In this document: in pieces, positions 51,164-63,002 of the stretch
How positions within the stretch are numbered: the stretch's first letter is position 1
Layout: every line of letters begins with the position of its first letter
Source: Armatimonadota bacterium
GTDB taxonomy: Bacteria; Armatimonadota; SYMT01
DNA: 64,000 nt
Direction: 5' to 3'
Assembly: GCA_041690135.1 (NCBI GenBank)
Contig: JAWLHY010000001.1
Span: 1,472,001-1,536,000, forward strand
Notes under the pieces: generated by a model
Databases searched by the model: none
What the model saw: only the letters and a program-made list of their open reading frames with translations
What the model was told of the DNA's origin: nothing
Position numbers and translations under genes: made by a program

Positions 51164-51508
51164 TCAGCGGCGTGAGCGGCTCCGCCTTACCGGAATATGA
51201 GCGTCCGGTTGCCGGCGCGCCCAAGCCACGTAGCGTTCGATGGCGGGTTCCTGGCGGAGCTTCTCCAGCGTGTCCAGTTCGGATGCCAGCGTGCGGTTTG
51301 TGAAAAGTGCGTGCACCTGCCGGTGGCACCCGCCACAAAGCAGCACGGTCTCCGCGCCGCCATGCTCCCGCGGACAGAGGTGATGGCGCGTCAGCCGCTC
51401 CACCTGCCGCCCGCAGAGGGCACAGGTTTCCTCCTCCCCCGCCCTTCTGCCGATTAACTCAGTTGCCTCCGAGGCCTCGGAACGCGTCTTGCTTCTCTTG
51501 CGCGCCAT
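51164..51508 (-). CDS. Small HNH-type (His-Me finger) protein
   Basis: CALCGR...LTRHHLCP..HGG....LCGGCHRQVH. Confidence 0.8.
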   Translation of the reverse strand: MARKRSKTRSEASEATELIGRRAGEEETCALCGRQVERLTRHHLCPREHGGAETVLLCGGCHRQVHALFTNRTLASELDTLEKLRQEPAIERYVAWARRQPDAHIPVRRSRSRR

Positions 51509-51544
51509 GGTCGCCCCGCTGTGACGTTTGTTTCCGGTCACTCC

Positions 51545-53104
51545 TCAAACCACTGGCGATGCCGCACGCACCACGAGGCGCTTGTCAAACACTTCGCGTA
51601 CGGCGCCGCGGTGGTTTTCCAAGCCCCACAGCTCCAGTTGGCACTCTCCCTCTGCCTGGAGTTCCAGTACCAGGTCATTGCCGCCGGCCTCCAGTGAGGC
51701 CCGTACGCCCGTCACCTGCCCCAGGTGGCCCCGGTCCATGGACTCGGCGAGGCGGATCAAGGTGGAGAGGATGAGTACCGTATCGCGCTGACGACGGGTC
51801 AGGTCGACCATCGCCTCGTCTTTCCGCTTCGGAAGGCGTTTGCGGTGATGGAGCACCATGGCCGCCAACATCTGGGTTTCCGTGGCGTCGAATCCCAGCA
51901 GTGGGCTGTACCGGACGAGGTAATAACCGTGCCGGTGGTGATCCGTATACGAGATGAACCCCCCAACGTCGTGCAGGATGGCGCCAAAGTGGAGCAGTTC
52001 CCGCTCGGGAGCGCCAAACCGGTGCAGCTTCAGTTCCCTAAACTGATCGAACAGCTCGCAAGCCAGCCGGGCGACCGTCCGCGCGTGCGCTTCCTCGAAC
52101 TGGCAGCGACGTGCGAGTTGAAAGACACTGCGCCTCCGGATGGAGTCTCCGGCCATCGCGCCCAGGTTTCCGCCGTAGCGGGCCAGGCGATCCGCGATCA
52201 TTCCTTCTCGAAGAGCGCGGTGGCTCGTCAGCAGGTGGCCGGCTCCCAGCTCCCGCATGATCGCCGTGAGCACGGCGGCTCCGGCGACGATCAGATCGGC
52301 CCGCTCGGGGTTGATGCCGGGCACCTTGCGGCGCTGCTCCAGGGTAAGCCCACAGAGGCGTGCCGCTTGCGTCTCCAGCTCGTCCAGGCGTACCAGGTAA
52401 CTGCTGGAGCCGTCGGTTGCCTCGCCCTTGCTGCGTGCGACGATTTCCGCGAGGTTCAGGATCGTACCAGAGCTTCCGTACAGCACGTCATAGCCGTGAC
52501 TACGGACGCGCTGAACCGAGTGGATGGCGACCCCTCGGGCGTAATCCTGTATCCGGCGGTAGAGCTGCGGGTGGATGGGGCCGGTTTCCCCTTCCGTGAA
52601 GATGCCGGACACGCGAATGGCGCCTAGCTTCAGGCTTTCCAGGAGTTCCGGTCCTGTCTGGTCGCCCACCGCCAGTTCCGTGCTGCCGCCCCCAATATCG
52701 ATGACCAGCGCACGCTGACCGGCCAGGTCGAGGCCGGAAACCACGCCGAGATAGATCAATCGCGCTTCTTCCGCGCCGGAGATGACGTGGACATCGACGG
52801 CGGCTTCACGTCGGGCTCGGCTGACGAACTCGCTTTGGTTTTCCGCTTCCCGTAGGGCGGAAGTGCCCAGGACCGACATCTCTTCAGCGCCGTAGCCGCG
52901 GGCCACCTCAACGAACTTCCGCAAGACCAGGATGCCACGGTCCATCGCTTCCGGCGTGAGCCGGTTCGTGGCAAATTCACCCTCCCCGAGCCGGACGACT
53001 TCCTTCTGGAGCGACAGCAGTGAGTAACCAAAGTCTGGTTCCGGCTGTACGACTCCCAGCCGGATCGAGTTGGTCCCAATATCTACGACACCGAACGGCT
53101 TCAT
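51545..53104 (-). CDS. ppx: Exopolyphosphatase / pppGpp phosphohydrolase with HD domain
   Basis: DIGTNSIRL, TSALREA, G.EEARL, DIGGGSTE, LREG, LHDVG. Confidence 0.94.
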   Translation of the reverse strand: MKPFGVVDIGTNSIRLGVVQPEPDFGYSLLSLQKEVVRLGEGEFATNRLTPEAMDRGILVLRKFVEVARGYGAEEMSVLGTSALREAENQSEFVSRARREAAVDVHVISGAEEARLIYLGVVSGLDLAGQRALVIDIGGGSTELAVGDQTGPELLESLKLGAIRVSGIFTEGETGPIHPQLYRRIQDYARGVAIHSVQRVRSHGYDVLYGSSGTILNLAEIVARSKGEATDGSSSYLVRLDELETQAARLCGLTLEQRRKVPGINPERADLIVAGAAVLTAIMRELGAGHLLTSHRALREGMIADRLARYGGNLGAMAGDSIRRRSVFQLARRCQFEEAHARTVARLACELFDQFRELKLHRFGAPERELLHFGAILHDVGGFISYTDHHRHGYYLVRYSPLLGFDATETQMLAAMVLHHRKRLPKRKDEAMVDLTRRQRDTVLILSTLIRLAESMDRGHLGQVTGVRASLEAGGNDLVLELQAEGECQLELWGLENHRGAVREVFDKRLVVRAASPVV

Positions 53105-54234
53105 TCTTTCTCCAGCTTGGACTCCAGAAGCTCTTCCAGCTCCTTGCGGCGGCGGCGGATGCGGCTGGCCAGGTCCTTCTGCTGATTCTCACCGAAGCTG
53201 CGCCGCTCTACGGCCCGGCGTAGCGCTCGCTCCGCCTGGTCGAGGGCTTCCGAGGCGGCCTGGCGCTGTTCCGGCGTAAGCGGTCGGGAATCCGTGATGA
53301 ACTCGCCGGCCGTAATCAACAACCGCGTGATCTGCCGCGTCAACTGCTTGGAGACGGCTGCGGCCCGGATGGCTTCCATCAACTCCAACGCCGCTTCCGG
53401 CAACTGCTCCCGTTGCTCGCGGATCCGACCCTGCCAGTTGACGGTATCATTCTCCTCGGCCTCGATCGCGACTTCTTCGTCCACTTCCTCCGCAGTCCCT
53501 TCTTGTGGTTCACCGCCTAAAGAATTGTCCACGCCCGCCACGACGGCGGGGCTACTCGCTGGTTTTGCTTCCGCCTCTTTCGTACTCAACTCGCCGTCCG
53601 TGGTCGAACTCGCTTCAGGTGCAGATTCCGACAGGGCGGTTTCCGCGGCGGCGGCGAATGCCTCCGCCTCTCCGGTGTCCACGGGCGATTCCGCCGCGTT
53701 CTTCCCCTTCTCTTTAGCCGTGCGAACCCGAGATTTAGACGCCTTGCCTTTCCGCGTGCTACGCCGGGGTGATTTTCCGGTGTCGGAGGCGGTGGGCTCG
53801 GACTCTCCGACCGCGTCCAACAGCGCCGTTTCTTCATCGTTGAGCGCTTCCGTCTCTTCCAGGTCCCGGTCCTCGGCGGCGGCTTCTTCCAGTTGCTCCA
53901 CCTGATACTCCAGTTCGGCTTCCAGGGCGGCCTGGGCACTGAGGGTTTCGACGGCTTCTTCCACCACGGCCGCCTCTTCCGCCGACCGGGGCGCGGTGAC
54001 CACGACGGCCGACTGGCCGTCCGGTGTCTCTACCTGGAGGGCCAGGCCGCGCTGACGCAGGAATTCCGCGATTCGCCGCGCTTGCCATGCGCCGACGCCT
54101 CGGATAGCCGCCAGTTCCGCTACTTTGAGCCGCAGCAGTCCTTCCAGGTCGTGGATGCCTGCTTCCGCCAGGGCGTCCCGCCGCACAGGTCCGAGGCCGG
54201 GAATATCGGCCAGGTTGAGATCCTCCCTACTCAT
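53101..54234 (-). CDS. Helix-hairpin-helix protein with long acidic low-complexity region and C-terminal helical domain
   Basis: LADIPGLGP and LAAIRGVG HhH motifs; E/A-rich tract; K/R patch; GGAGGTG RBS; ATGA overlap with ppx. Confidence 0.75.
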   Translation of the reverse strand: MSREDLNLADIPGLGPVRRDALAEAGIHDLEGLLRLKVAELAAIRGVGAWQARRIAEFLRQRGLALQVETPDGQSAVVVTAPRSAEEAAVVEEAVETLSAQAALEAELEYQVEQLEEAAAEDRDLEETEALNDEETALLDAVGESEPTASDTGKSPRRSTRKGKASKSRVRTAKEKGKNAAESPVDTGEAEAFAAAAETALSESAPEASSTTDGELSTKEAEAKPASSPAVVAGVDNSLGGEPQEGTAEEVDEEVAIEAEENDTVNWQGRIREQREQLPEAALELMEAIRAAAVSKQLTRQITRLLITAGEFITDSRPLTPEQRQAASEALDQAERALRRAVERRSFGENQQKDLASRIRRRRKELEELLESKLEKE

Positions 54235-54283
54235 GCCAGTTCACCTCCTCTTTCCGACCGGTTCGATGTTCCGAGCGCCGGGT

Positions 54284-55324
54284 TCACGAGCCACTGGGCC
54301 GCTGGAACGCTTCAACGGCCCGCTCGCGGAACCCCTTCCGCTCGCATTTCTTCCATTCCTTGTAAAACGCCGCGTACAGGTCCCGGCGGACCTCTTCCTC
54401 ACGCTGCTTCAGCACGCTCAGGCTGGCAAGTACCGGCTCCGGAAGCATCAGCCCTACCGCTTCCAATCCCCGGGCGTCCAGCGGAGCGGCGAGCATATCC
54501 CGCAAGATGTAACGGCGCACGTCGCTATCGTGAAGATCGCCCAACAGTTCCTGGAAATTCTTGATCACCCCGATCGTTTGCTTCAAGGCATCTTCGTATG
54601 CCGGGGCGAACAGCTCCATCGTGTACCGGAGCCACTTGGCGGCGATCCGCATCTCATGGAGTTCCTCCTCAGCTTCCGGCCGATGTACGTGGCTCTCGAA
54701 CGAGTAGAACTCTTCCAGCCGCTCCAGTAGGAACTCCGGCGCGGCGGCGGAAAAAGCACGCCGGCAGTCCAGCGGCGACGCACCGTGTTTTCCGGCTCCC
54801 GCCACTATGGGATGGAGCCCAGCGGCGTATTCTTCCGCCTCCCCGCGAACATAGCGACGGAGCCGCCCGGCGAAGTCAGTGTCGGCGATGCGGTCCAGTG
54901 AGGCCAGCATCGGAATCCGCGCCCGCCGGCGCAGTCGTTCCTGGATCGCGATGAAGTAGTCGATTCCCAGCAACGTCTCCGGGTCTTCTTCCGACCGCAT
55001 CCGCCGGTAGTGATCGATGAGAACATCCAGGTCGCGTACACCCCCGAGATCTCGCGTCACCTGGCGCGCCTCTCGGAGCAGGCGCCGGTATCCCTTGCCG
55101 GGGAAGCAGCCCGCAAAAACCCGCATCGCGGCCACGAGGCGCCGCGACCACACGCGCATGTCGTGCACCGCCTCGATGTCCTCGCCTTCCCGCACGCCGC
55201 CGGTATGGGCGAGCATCGTCTCCGCGCGTTCGGAGATCGCCTGGTAAGCCCACGCCCACAGCGGCGAACCGGGCGTGAGTGGCGCTTCAAGGGCTTCGTA
55301 GTGGGTCAAAGAATTCTGGCTCAT
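54284..55324 (-). CDS. CHAD-domain protein
   Basis: AVHDMRV.SRRL, LG.VRDLDV, LHEMRIAAK.LRY.ME, QELLGDLHD. Confidence 0.9.
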   Translation of the reverse strand: MSQNSLTHYEALEAPLTPGSPLWAWAYQAISERAETMLAHTGGVREGEDIEAVHDMRVWSRRLVAAMRVFAGCFPGKGYRRLLREARQVTRDLGGVRDLDVLIDHYRRMRSEEDPETLLGIDYFIAIQERLRRRARIPMLASLDRIADTDFAGRLRRYVRGEAEEYAAGLHPIVAGAGKHGASPLDCRRAFSAAAPEFLLERLEEFYSFESHVHRPEAEEELHEMRIAAKWLRYTMELFAPAYEDALKQTIGVIKNFQELLGDLHDSDVRRYILRDMLAAPLDARGLEAVGLMLPEPVLASLSVLKQREEEVRRDLYAAFYKEWKKCERKGFRERAVEAFQRPSGS

Positions 55325-55706
55325 GCGAGTGGGTGTGACGTCGGGCCAAAATGATAATACCCGGGCGCGGGCTTGCGGGCGCTGGCCCGCCTTACCCGCG
55401 GAATATTACGCAATGATACCACGGCCCCGCCACCTCAACCGGCTTCGCGCCCCTGATTTAAGACACGGAGTCATACTCATTTGCTCGGAGTTAATACTCC
55501 CCTGCCCCACGCCTGCCCCGCCCTTACAATCGGCACCCGTCTCGCCGACCCAAGCTGTAGGGACGGGGGCCGTGACTGACCGGCACTGAATGAGCTGAAT
55601 GCGCGCAAAACCCTCGTCATTGTGTCACCCCACCTCAGATTGGGTAACCGGAAATGGCGGTTACAGTCGCGGCACAAAGCTGATTGCCAACCAGTGCCAG
55701 GATTTG

Positions 55707-55736
55707 CTTGACACTCATGCACTCAACGTCTATATT
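55707..55736 (+). promoter_or_regulatory. Sigma70-type dnaK promoter overlapped by a HAIR-like HspR operator
   Basis: TTGACA(55708)-17 bp-TATATT(55731); CTTGACA-N7-ACTCAAC matches HAIR CTTGAGT-N7-ACTCAAG at 11 of 14 positions. Confidence 0.8.
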
Positions 55737-55862
55737 AACTTCGTGCTAAACACGGCTGACGCCGGGCGTCGGCAGGAAGGTATTCGCGCGGTAACAACCG
55801 GGTATACTGGGCGGGGCCGGCGATGGCCTCGGAACAGGGTCAGTTTTGGAGGAAGGCAAACC

Positions 55863-57782
<1,920 letters not shown>

Positions 57783-57921
57783 TACCGGCGAGTGAGTAAG
57801 CCGGCAGGAAGACCGGGAGGCAGCGGGTTCTTCGCCAGTGCGGAGTTCGCCCCGCCTCTCGGTCCCTTCCGGTAAGGGAAGTGGGATTCGGGCGTATTGG
57901 AATGGGTTCAGGGGGTGTAAG

Positions 57922-59064
57922 GTGGCGGCGGGACAGGACTTCTATGGGGTTCTCGGGGTCAGTAGGGACGCCAGCCAGAAGGAGATCAAGGCGGCGTACC
58001 GCAAGCTCGCCCGCAAGTACCACCCGGACGTGAACCCGGGCGACAAGGCTTCCGAGGAGAAGTTCAAAGAGATCAGCCAGGCTTACGAGGTCCTGAGCGA
58101 TCCGGAGAAGCGGAAGAAGTACGACCAGTTCGGCTCGCAGTGGGAGTTTGCCAACCAGGGCGGAGGCGCTCCGGGCGGCGGCGGGTTCACCTACACGCCC
58201 GGAGGGACCGGTGGAGTCAATTTCGACTTCGACATGGGCGGGGCCGGCGGCCTGGAAGATCTTCTCGGCGGATTGTTCGGAGCCGGATTCGGCGGCGCGG
58301 CGACCCGCGGCGGAACGCGCCGGGGCGAAGACCTGCAATATGAGATCGAAGTCTCGCTGGAGGAGGCGTACCAGGGCGGCGAGCGGCGGTTCACGATCAC
58401 CGCTCCGGACAACTGCCCTACGTGTCACGGCTCCGGGGCGGAGCCGGGCGCGCGGATGGAAACCTGCCCGCAGTGCAAGGGTTCCGGCCGCGGACGGTCT
58501 CTGGGCGGGTTCACGCTGCGGGGAGAGACCTGCAACGTCTGCCACGGTACCGGCCAGGTCCCCACGCAGAAGTGCCATACCTGCCGGGGTCGGGGCATTG
58601 TCGAACGGCCGCGCGCCGTCACCGTGACCATCCCGCGCGGCGTGGATGAAGGCAACAAACTCCGCATCGCCGGGCAAGGCAATCCGGGAGAAGCAGGCGC
58701 GCCGGCGGGCGACCTGTACCTGGTCATCCGGCTGAAGCCGCACGCTCTCTTCGAGCGGAAGGGCGACGATCTCTATGTCGATCTTCCGGTCACTTTCGCG
58801 GAAGCGGCACTCGGCGGTGAGGTCCAGGTGCCGACCGTATCCAGCAAGGTCACCATGCGCATTCCCGCGGGAGTGCAGAGCGGGCAGCAGCTACGTCTCG
58901 CCGGACAGGGAATGCCCCGTCGTGCGGGTGGCTCGGGAGACCTCTACGCCCGGCTGAAAGTGACGGTGCCGCGCAACCTTTCGGATGAGGAGCGGGAACT
59001 CATTGAGCAGTTGCGCGCGCTTCGCTCCGAAAACCCCCGCGAACGCATCCTGGTCGGACGTTAG
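57922..59064 (+). CDS. dnaJ: Chaperone DnaJ
   Basis: HPD J-domain, G/F region, four CxxCxGxG repeats; GTG start. Confidence 0.97.
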   Translation: MAAGQDFYGVLGVSRDASQKEIKAAYRKLARKYHPDVNPGDKASEEKFKEISQAYEVLSDPEKRKKYDQFGSQWEFANQGGGAPGGGGFTYTPGGTGGVNFDFDMGGAGGLEDLLGGLFGAGFGGAATRGGTRRGEDLQYEIEVSLEEAYQGGERRFTITAPDNCPTCHGSGAEPGARMETCPQCKGSGRGRSLGGFTLRGETCNVCHGTGQVPTQKCHTCRGRGIVERPRAVTVTIPRGVDEGNKLRIAGQGNPGEAGAPAGDLYLVIRLKPHALFERKGDDLYVDLPVTFAEAALGGEVQVPTVSSKVTMRIPAGVQSGQQLRLAGQGMPRRAGGSGDLYARLKVTVPRNLSDEERELIEQLRALRSENPRERILVGR

Positions 59065-59097
59065 CGACAGGCGATTTGGAAAGAGGGAGAGGCGACC

Positions 59098-59424
59098 GTG
59101 AAGAACGAGCTGAGCGACGAGCCGGTCTACGTGATCAGCGTCGCGGCCGACCTCGTGAGCATGCATCCGCAGACGCTGCGCCTTTACGAGCGGGTGGGCC
59201 TGGTTAAGCCGGCCCGCCGGGGCAGCAACCGGCTGTACAGCGAGCGCGATATCGATCGACTGCGACAGATACAACGGCTGACGCAGGACATGGGGGTCAA
59301 TCTCGCCGGGGTGGAGATTATCCTGAACCTGCTGGAACAGATCACGCAGATGCAGGACGAGCTCGATCTTCTGCGCCAGCAGCGCCTCCCCGTTCCTACC
59401 TTGGAAGACGACCGCTTTCTGTAA
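59098..59424 (+). CDS. hspR: MerR-family heat-shock repressor HspR
   Basis: [34 protein letters not shown]; follows dnaJ. Confidence 0.92.
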   Translation: MKNELSDEPVYVISVAADLVSMHPQTLRLYERVGLVKPARRGSNRLYSERDIDRLRQIQRLTQDMGVNLAGVEIILNLLEQITQMQDELDLLRQQRLPVPTLEDDRFL

Positions 59425-59561
59425 GGGTGACACGCACCGTGGCGCGGGCGTCTAGCCCGCCTCTGGAATGATGACGACCAGACGCAGCCAGGGCTGTCCC
59501 CGACCAGGACTCTGGAGACCCACCCGTATCGCATCCCGGCAGTAGCGCCTCATCGCGATCA

Positions 59562-59598
59562 ACCGTCCCCACCCATACTCCAAAGTGGTGGGGACGGT
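59562..59598. repeat. 12-bp stem hairpin within a REP-like intergenic cluster
   Basis: accgtccccacc / ggtggggacggt; nearby palindrome gcgggcgtctagcccgc at about 59444-59460. Confidence 0.6.
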
Positions 59599-59662
59599 GC
59601 TGATAGCTGTGCGACTTCTCCGCCCCAACCACTGGCACGCGGCACCCGCCAAGCAAGTTGCC

Positions 59663-60631
59663 CTACGACACGCTCCGCTGGGAGAGACTCCGCACCCGCC
59701 GCACCTGCTGGTCGAGGGCCGCAGTCACCTTCTCCACGTCCGTTCCCCAGATATCCACCCCGGGCGGGGCTTCGCCAGCCTCGAAGTACCTGCCTCCGGC
59801 CGCGATGAGGGGGAGGGGTTGCTCCCCTCTCCACCGCTGGAGACGCTCCACAGTCCGCTCCAGAGCCGCGCCCCCAGCCTCGGTGGTCACACACAGTGCA
59901 ACCACGTCCGGCAGGTGTCGGTTCACCGCTTCCATCAGGTGCTCCAACGGCAGTAGCCCGTTGAGATACCATACGCGCCAGCCTTGTGCCAGCAGGAAGT
60001 CGGCCACCATCCGGCCGCCCAGGGTGTGGAGCTCACCTTCCACGCAGCCGACGAGGACGGTGGGCGCATTGGGGTACGGTTCCGAAGGAAGCTGAAGAGA
60101 GAGGCGGTGGAGCAGGCGCAGCACGATGCCGGTAACCAGATGCTCCGTGGCGACCCCCAACTCCCCCCGCTCCCACAACTCCCCTACCCGTTCCAGAGTT
60201 GGGGTGAAAACCTGCAGGTAGAGATCTTTCCACTGCACGCCCGATGCCAGGGCGGCGTCTACTACCCGCGCCGCCTCCTCTTCCCGCAAGGTGAGGAGTG
60301 CCTCGAGAAACTCCCGCCGGAGTTCCTGGAGGTCCTGGGGCGGCGAGGTCGGCCCTTCGCCATGGGAAAGCACGAAGTGCGCGAGGCCCGCACTGGCGAT
60401 CCGGTAGATGACCTGCCGCCCCTCCTTCTGAAAGGTGACTAGGGTACGCTCTCGCAGCCGGCCCAGATGATTGGAGACGTTCGGTTGGGTCAGCCCCGTG
60501 GCCTCCACCAGTTCCGAAACACTCTTGGGGCCCAGGGCCAGCGCCCGCAGGATGGCGCCAGCCGCGCCGCGTGGCAGCGCGAGCTGGCCCCGATCGGTTA
60601 TTCCATTGCTCTCGAGCGTGTCTTCCGCCAC
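59663..60631 (-). CDS. ArsR-type HTH regulator fused to a cobalamin-binding domain
   Basis: SVSELVEATGLTQPNVSNHL..L...EGRQVIY (ArsR); LWERGELGVATEH (W-x9-EH); EGELHTLG (ExHxxG); AAGG. Confidence 0.85.
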   Translation of the reverse strand: MAEDTLESNGITDRGQLALPRGAAGAILRALALGPKSVSELVEATGLTQPNVSNHLGRLRERTLVTFQKEGRQVIYRIASAGLAHFVLSHGEGPTSPPQDLQELRREFLEALLTLREEEAARVVDAALASGVQWKDLYLQVFTPTLERVGELWERGELGVATEHLVTGIVLRLLHRLSLQLPSEPYPNAPTVLVGCVEGELHTLGGRMVADFLLAQGWRVWYLNGLLPLEHLMEAVNRHLPDVVALCVTTEAGGAALERTVERLQRWRGEQPLPLIAAGGRYFEAGEAPPGVDIWGTDVEKVTAALDQQVRRVRSLSQRSVS

Positions 60632-60690
60632 CTGAGCCCCACCCGTGCGCTACCTATTATGCCTTCGTGATACGGCATTGTATCCGCGGA

Positions 60691-61326
60691 TCAGTCCAGC
60701 CGCTTCACACGGATGTTCTTGTAGCGAACGATGCTCTTGGGGTCGTGGGCCTGCAGCGCGAAGGTGCCGGAGTCGAGCTTCCGGGTGAAGTCGGTCCCCG
60801 CCTTGCGGTCCGCTTCTTCCGTGAAATCGACCACGGTCTTGCCGTCCACCTTGACGGTGATCTGCCGTCCGCGGACGATGATGTGCTCGGTGAACCACTT
60901 GCCATCCTGCGCCGGCGCTTCCTTCACGTCGCTCACGGCGTAGAGGCTGCCGGTCTTGCGCGGGTCGCCGCCCGTGTTATTCACCTGCACCTCGTAGCCG
61001 TACTTCGGCCAACCGGTGGGCTGCCACTGGGTGTGGAAATAGATGCCGCCGTTGGAGGCGGGCTCCGTCATCACGTCGACCTTGAGCTCGAAGTTCACGA
61101 ACGGCTTCGGGTCACCGACGAAAAAGAGGTGGCTGCGGGGACCCTCGGCGACGAGTGCGCCGTCGACGACTTTCCAGGTGCTCTCATTCTCGCTGGCGCG
61201 CCAGCCCTTCATGGTCTTGCCGTCGAAGAGGCTGGTAAAGCCCTTTTCGGAATCGGCGGCCTGCGTTCCCGTAACGGCCGCGCCCGCGAGGAGGGCGGCG
61301 GCGCCCAGTGCAAAAAGCTGCTTCAC
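60691..61326 (-). CDS. Secreted DUF1080 (3-keto-glycoside hydrolase-like) protein
   Basis: Signal peptide; [39 protein letters not shown]. Confidence 0.88.
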   Translation of the reverse strand: MKQLFALGAAALLAGAAVTGTQAADSEKGFTSLFDGKTMKGWRASENESTWKVVDGALVAEGPRSHLFFVGDPKPFVNFELKVDVMTEPASNGGIYFHTQWQPTGWPKYGYEVQVNNTGGDPRKTGSLYAVSDVKEAPAQDGKWFTEHIIVRGRQITVKVDGKTVVDFTEEADRKAGTDFTRKLDSGTFALQAHDPKSIVRYKNIRVKRLD

Positions 61327-61406
61327 GTAATACTCCCGTGTCTCATCGGCACGCCACTTCCGGTGCCGCGGAATCTATTATGGCGTGGTAGCCACGGGGA
61401 ATCCGG

Positions 61407-62426
61407 TTAGAGCTGGTTGTTCTTCGCGGCGGCCTGTTGGGTGAGCCGGGTGATCGAACTCCGAGTGAGAGGTGTTTCGCTCTCGGATCCCAGGTAGCGC
61501 TCCGTGCCGGCGTCGTCCGGCTCCGGCAGGGCGCGGTTCATCAGGGCCATCAAGTCGCTGGTGGCACCGGGGAAGAGACCGTGGAACCGGACCGCCAGCT
61601 CCGGCCACCAGCCGATGATCAGCTCGGGGTCGCCGCGCCGGGTAGCGGCCACGATCTGGCGTGCGGCCCGTTCCGCGGGCACGGAGGCCCCAGGCAGGGA
61701 ATCGCTCAGCGCAAACCAGGTGTACTCCGCGTGGTGATCGCCCTTGAAGAAGGCGTTGCGGGGACTGCCGGTACGCATCGTCGCGGGCACCACGGTGGTG
61801 ACGAGGATACCGTCCTTCTTCAGTTCCGCCCGCAGCCCTTCGGAAAGACCGACCAGGGCGAATTTGCTCGCGCTGTAGGGCAGCATGTGGGGCACGGAAA
61901 CCTTTCCGCCGATCGAGCTGACGTTCACGATGCGCCCTTCTCCCTGCTGTTTCATGCAGGGTAGAACCGCCCGCGTCAGGTGAAGCGGTCCCCAGAAGTG
62001 AATCCGCATCGCTTCCTCGAAGTCCGCGACCGTTTGCACCTCCAGCGGTCCGACTTGAATCACCCCCGCGTTGTTCACCAGCACGTCGAGGCACCCGTAC
62101 CGGCTGATGACGGTCTCCACGAGTTGCTGGATCTGGTCGGGGTCCGACACGTCGCACCGCACGGGGAAGACCTCGACCCCCCGCCGGGCGAGGCCCTCGC
62201 GCGCCCTCTCCAGTTCCTCGGGATCACGGGCGCAAATCACGAGCCGGGCGCCCCGGGCGCCGAACTCGCGGGCCAGGACGAGGCCCAGCCCGCGCGAGCC
62301 ACCGGTGATAAGTACGATCCGACCCCGGAGATCCATCGCCCGGCGCGACTGCCACAACGCGCCCGCCGCAAGCAGCGCCGCTCCCCCCGCCGCCCACCAG
62401 AGCGCGTTTTTCCGATTTCGTTCCAT
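61407..62426 (-). CDS. Short-chain dehydrogenase/reductase with N-terminal hydrophobic anchor
   Basis: TGGSRGLG, NNAG, SSIGG, YSASK. Confidence 0.92.
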   Translation of the reverse strand: MERNRKNALWWAAGGAALLAAGALWQSRRAMDLRGRIVLITGGSRGLGLVLAREFGARGARLVICARDPEELERAREGLARRGVEVFPVRCDVSDPDQIQQLVETVISRYGCLDVLVNNAGVIQVGPLEVQTVADFEEAMRIHFWGPLHLTRAVLPCMKQQGEGRIVNVSSIGGKVSVPHMLPYSASKFALVGLSEGLRAELKKDGILVTTVVPATMRTGSPRNAFFKGDHHAEYTWFALSDSLPGASVPAERAARQIVAATRRGDPELIIGWWPELAVRFHGLFPGATSDLMALMNRALPEPDDAGTERYLGSESETPLTRSSITRLTQQAAAKNNQL

Positions 62427-62568
62427 CCGTGCCCCTCCGCGACCCTTCACCCGAGCTGCATTCTCAGGATCGAGGTCCCCGGATCGGTGGCGGCCAAAAC
62501 CTCCGCACGGGCTCTCCTATCCCCGCAACTCCTACCCTGTCCCCGACCCCCGGCCCCTGACCCCCAGC

Positions 62569-62976
62569 TTACAACTGGTACCGCCGCTCCTCCGCCGGCG
62601 GATGATCGCGCGCTTCGAAGATGCGGCGCACGAACTCCAGCAACTGCAGCGGGTTGAACGGCTTCGTGAGATAGACCTCCACTCCGGCTTTCCAACCCTC
62701 CATAACATCCGCGTCCTGCGCTTTGGCCGTCAGCATCACCACCGGGATCTCCCGTGTTTCCGGGTCCAGCTTCAGGCGGCGGAGCACTTCGAAGCCGTCC
62801 ATCCGCGGCATCATCACGTCCAGAACCACCATGTCCGGGCGTTCGGTTCGGATCCGGTCGAGGGCCTCTTCCCCATCCATCGCGGTAGAAACGCGATAGC
62901 CCTGCCGCTGCAGGTTCACCTCGATCAGACGCCGGATGTTCACTTCGTCATCTACGGCCAGGATATGCTTCGGCAT
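62569..62976 (-). CDS. Stand-alone response-regulator receiver protein
   Basis: VDDE, LDVMMP, LTA, KPF; no output domain. Confidence 0.92.
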   Translation of the reverse strand: MPKHILAVDDEVNIRRLIEVNLQRQGYRVSTAMDGEEALDRIRTERPDMVVLDVMMPRMDGFEVLRRLKLDPETREIPVVMLTAKAQDADVMEGWKAGVEVYLTKPFNPLQLLEFVRRIFEARDHPPAEERRYQL

Positions 62977-63002
62977 CGGTTTTCCCTTTCTGTCCAAGTG
63001 GA

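Noticed and set aside
51164-51508. HNH gene as a homing endonuclease or mobile element
   Set aside because: Small stand-alone HNH type with no intron, intein or terminal repeats; sits as the last gene of an operon
55599-55862. N-terminal extension of DnaK in the ORF track
   Set aside because: It spans the promoter; the true start is ATG 55863 after GGAGG
60632-60690. Possible cobalamin riboswitch next to the B12-binding regulator
   Set aside because: The spacer is only about 60 bp and has no B12-box
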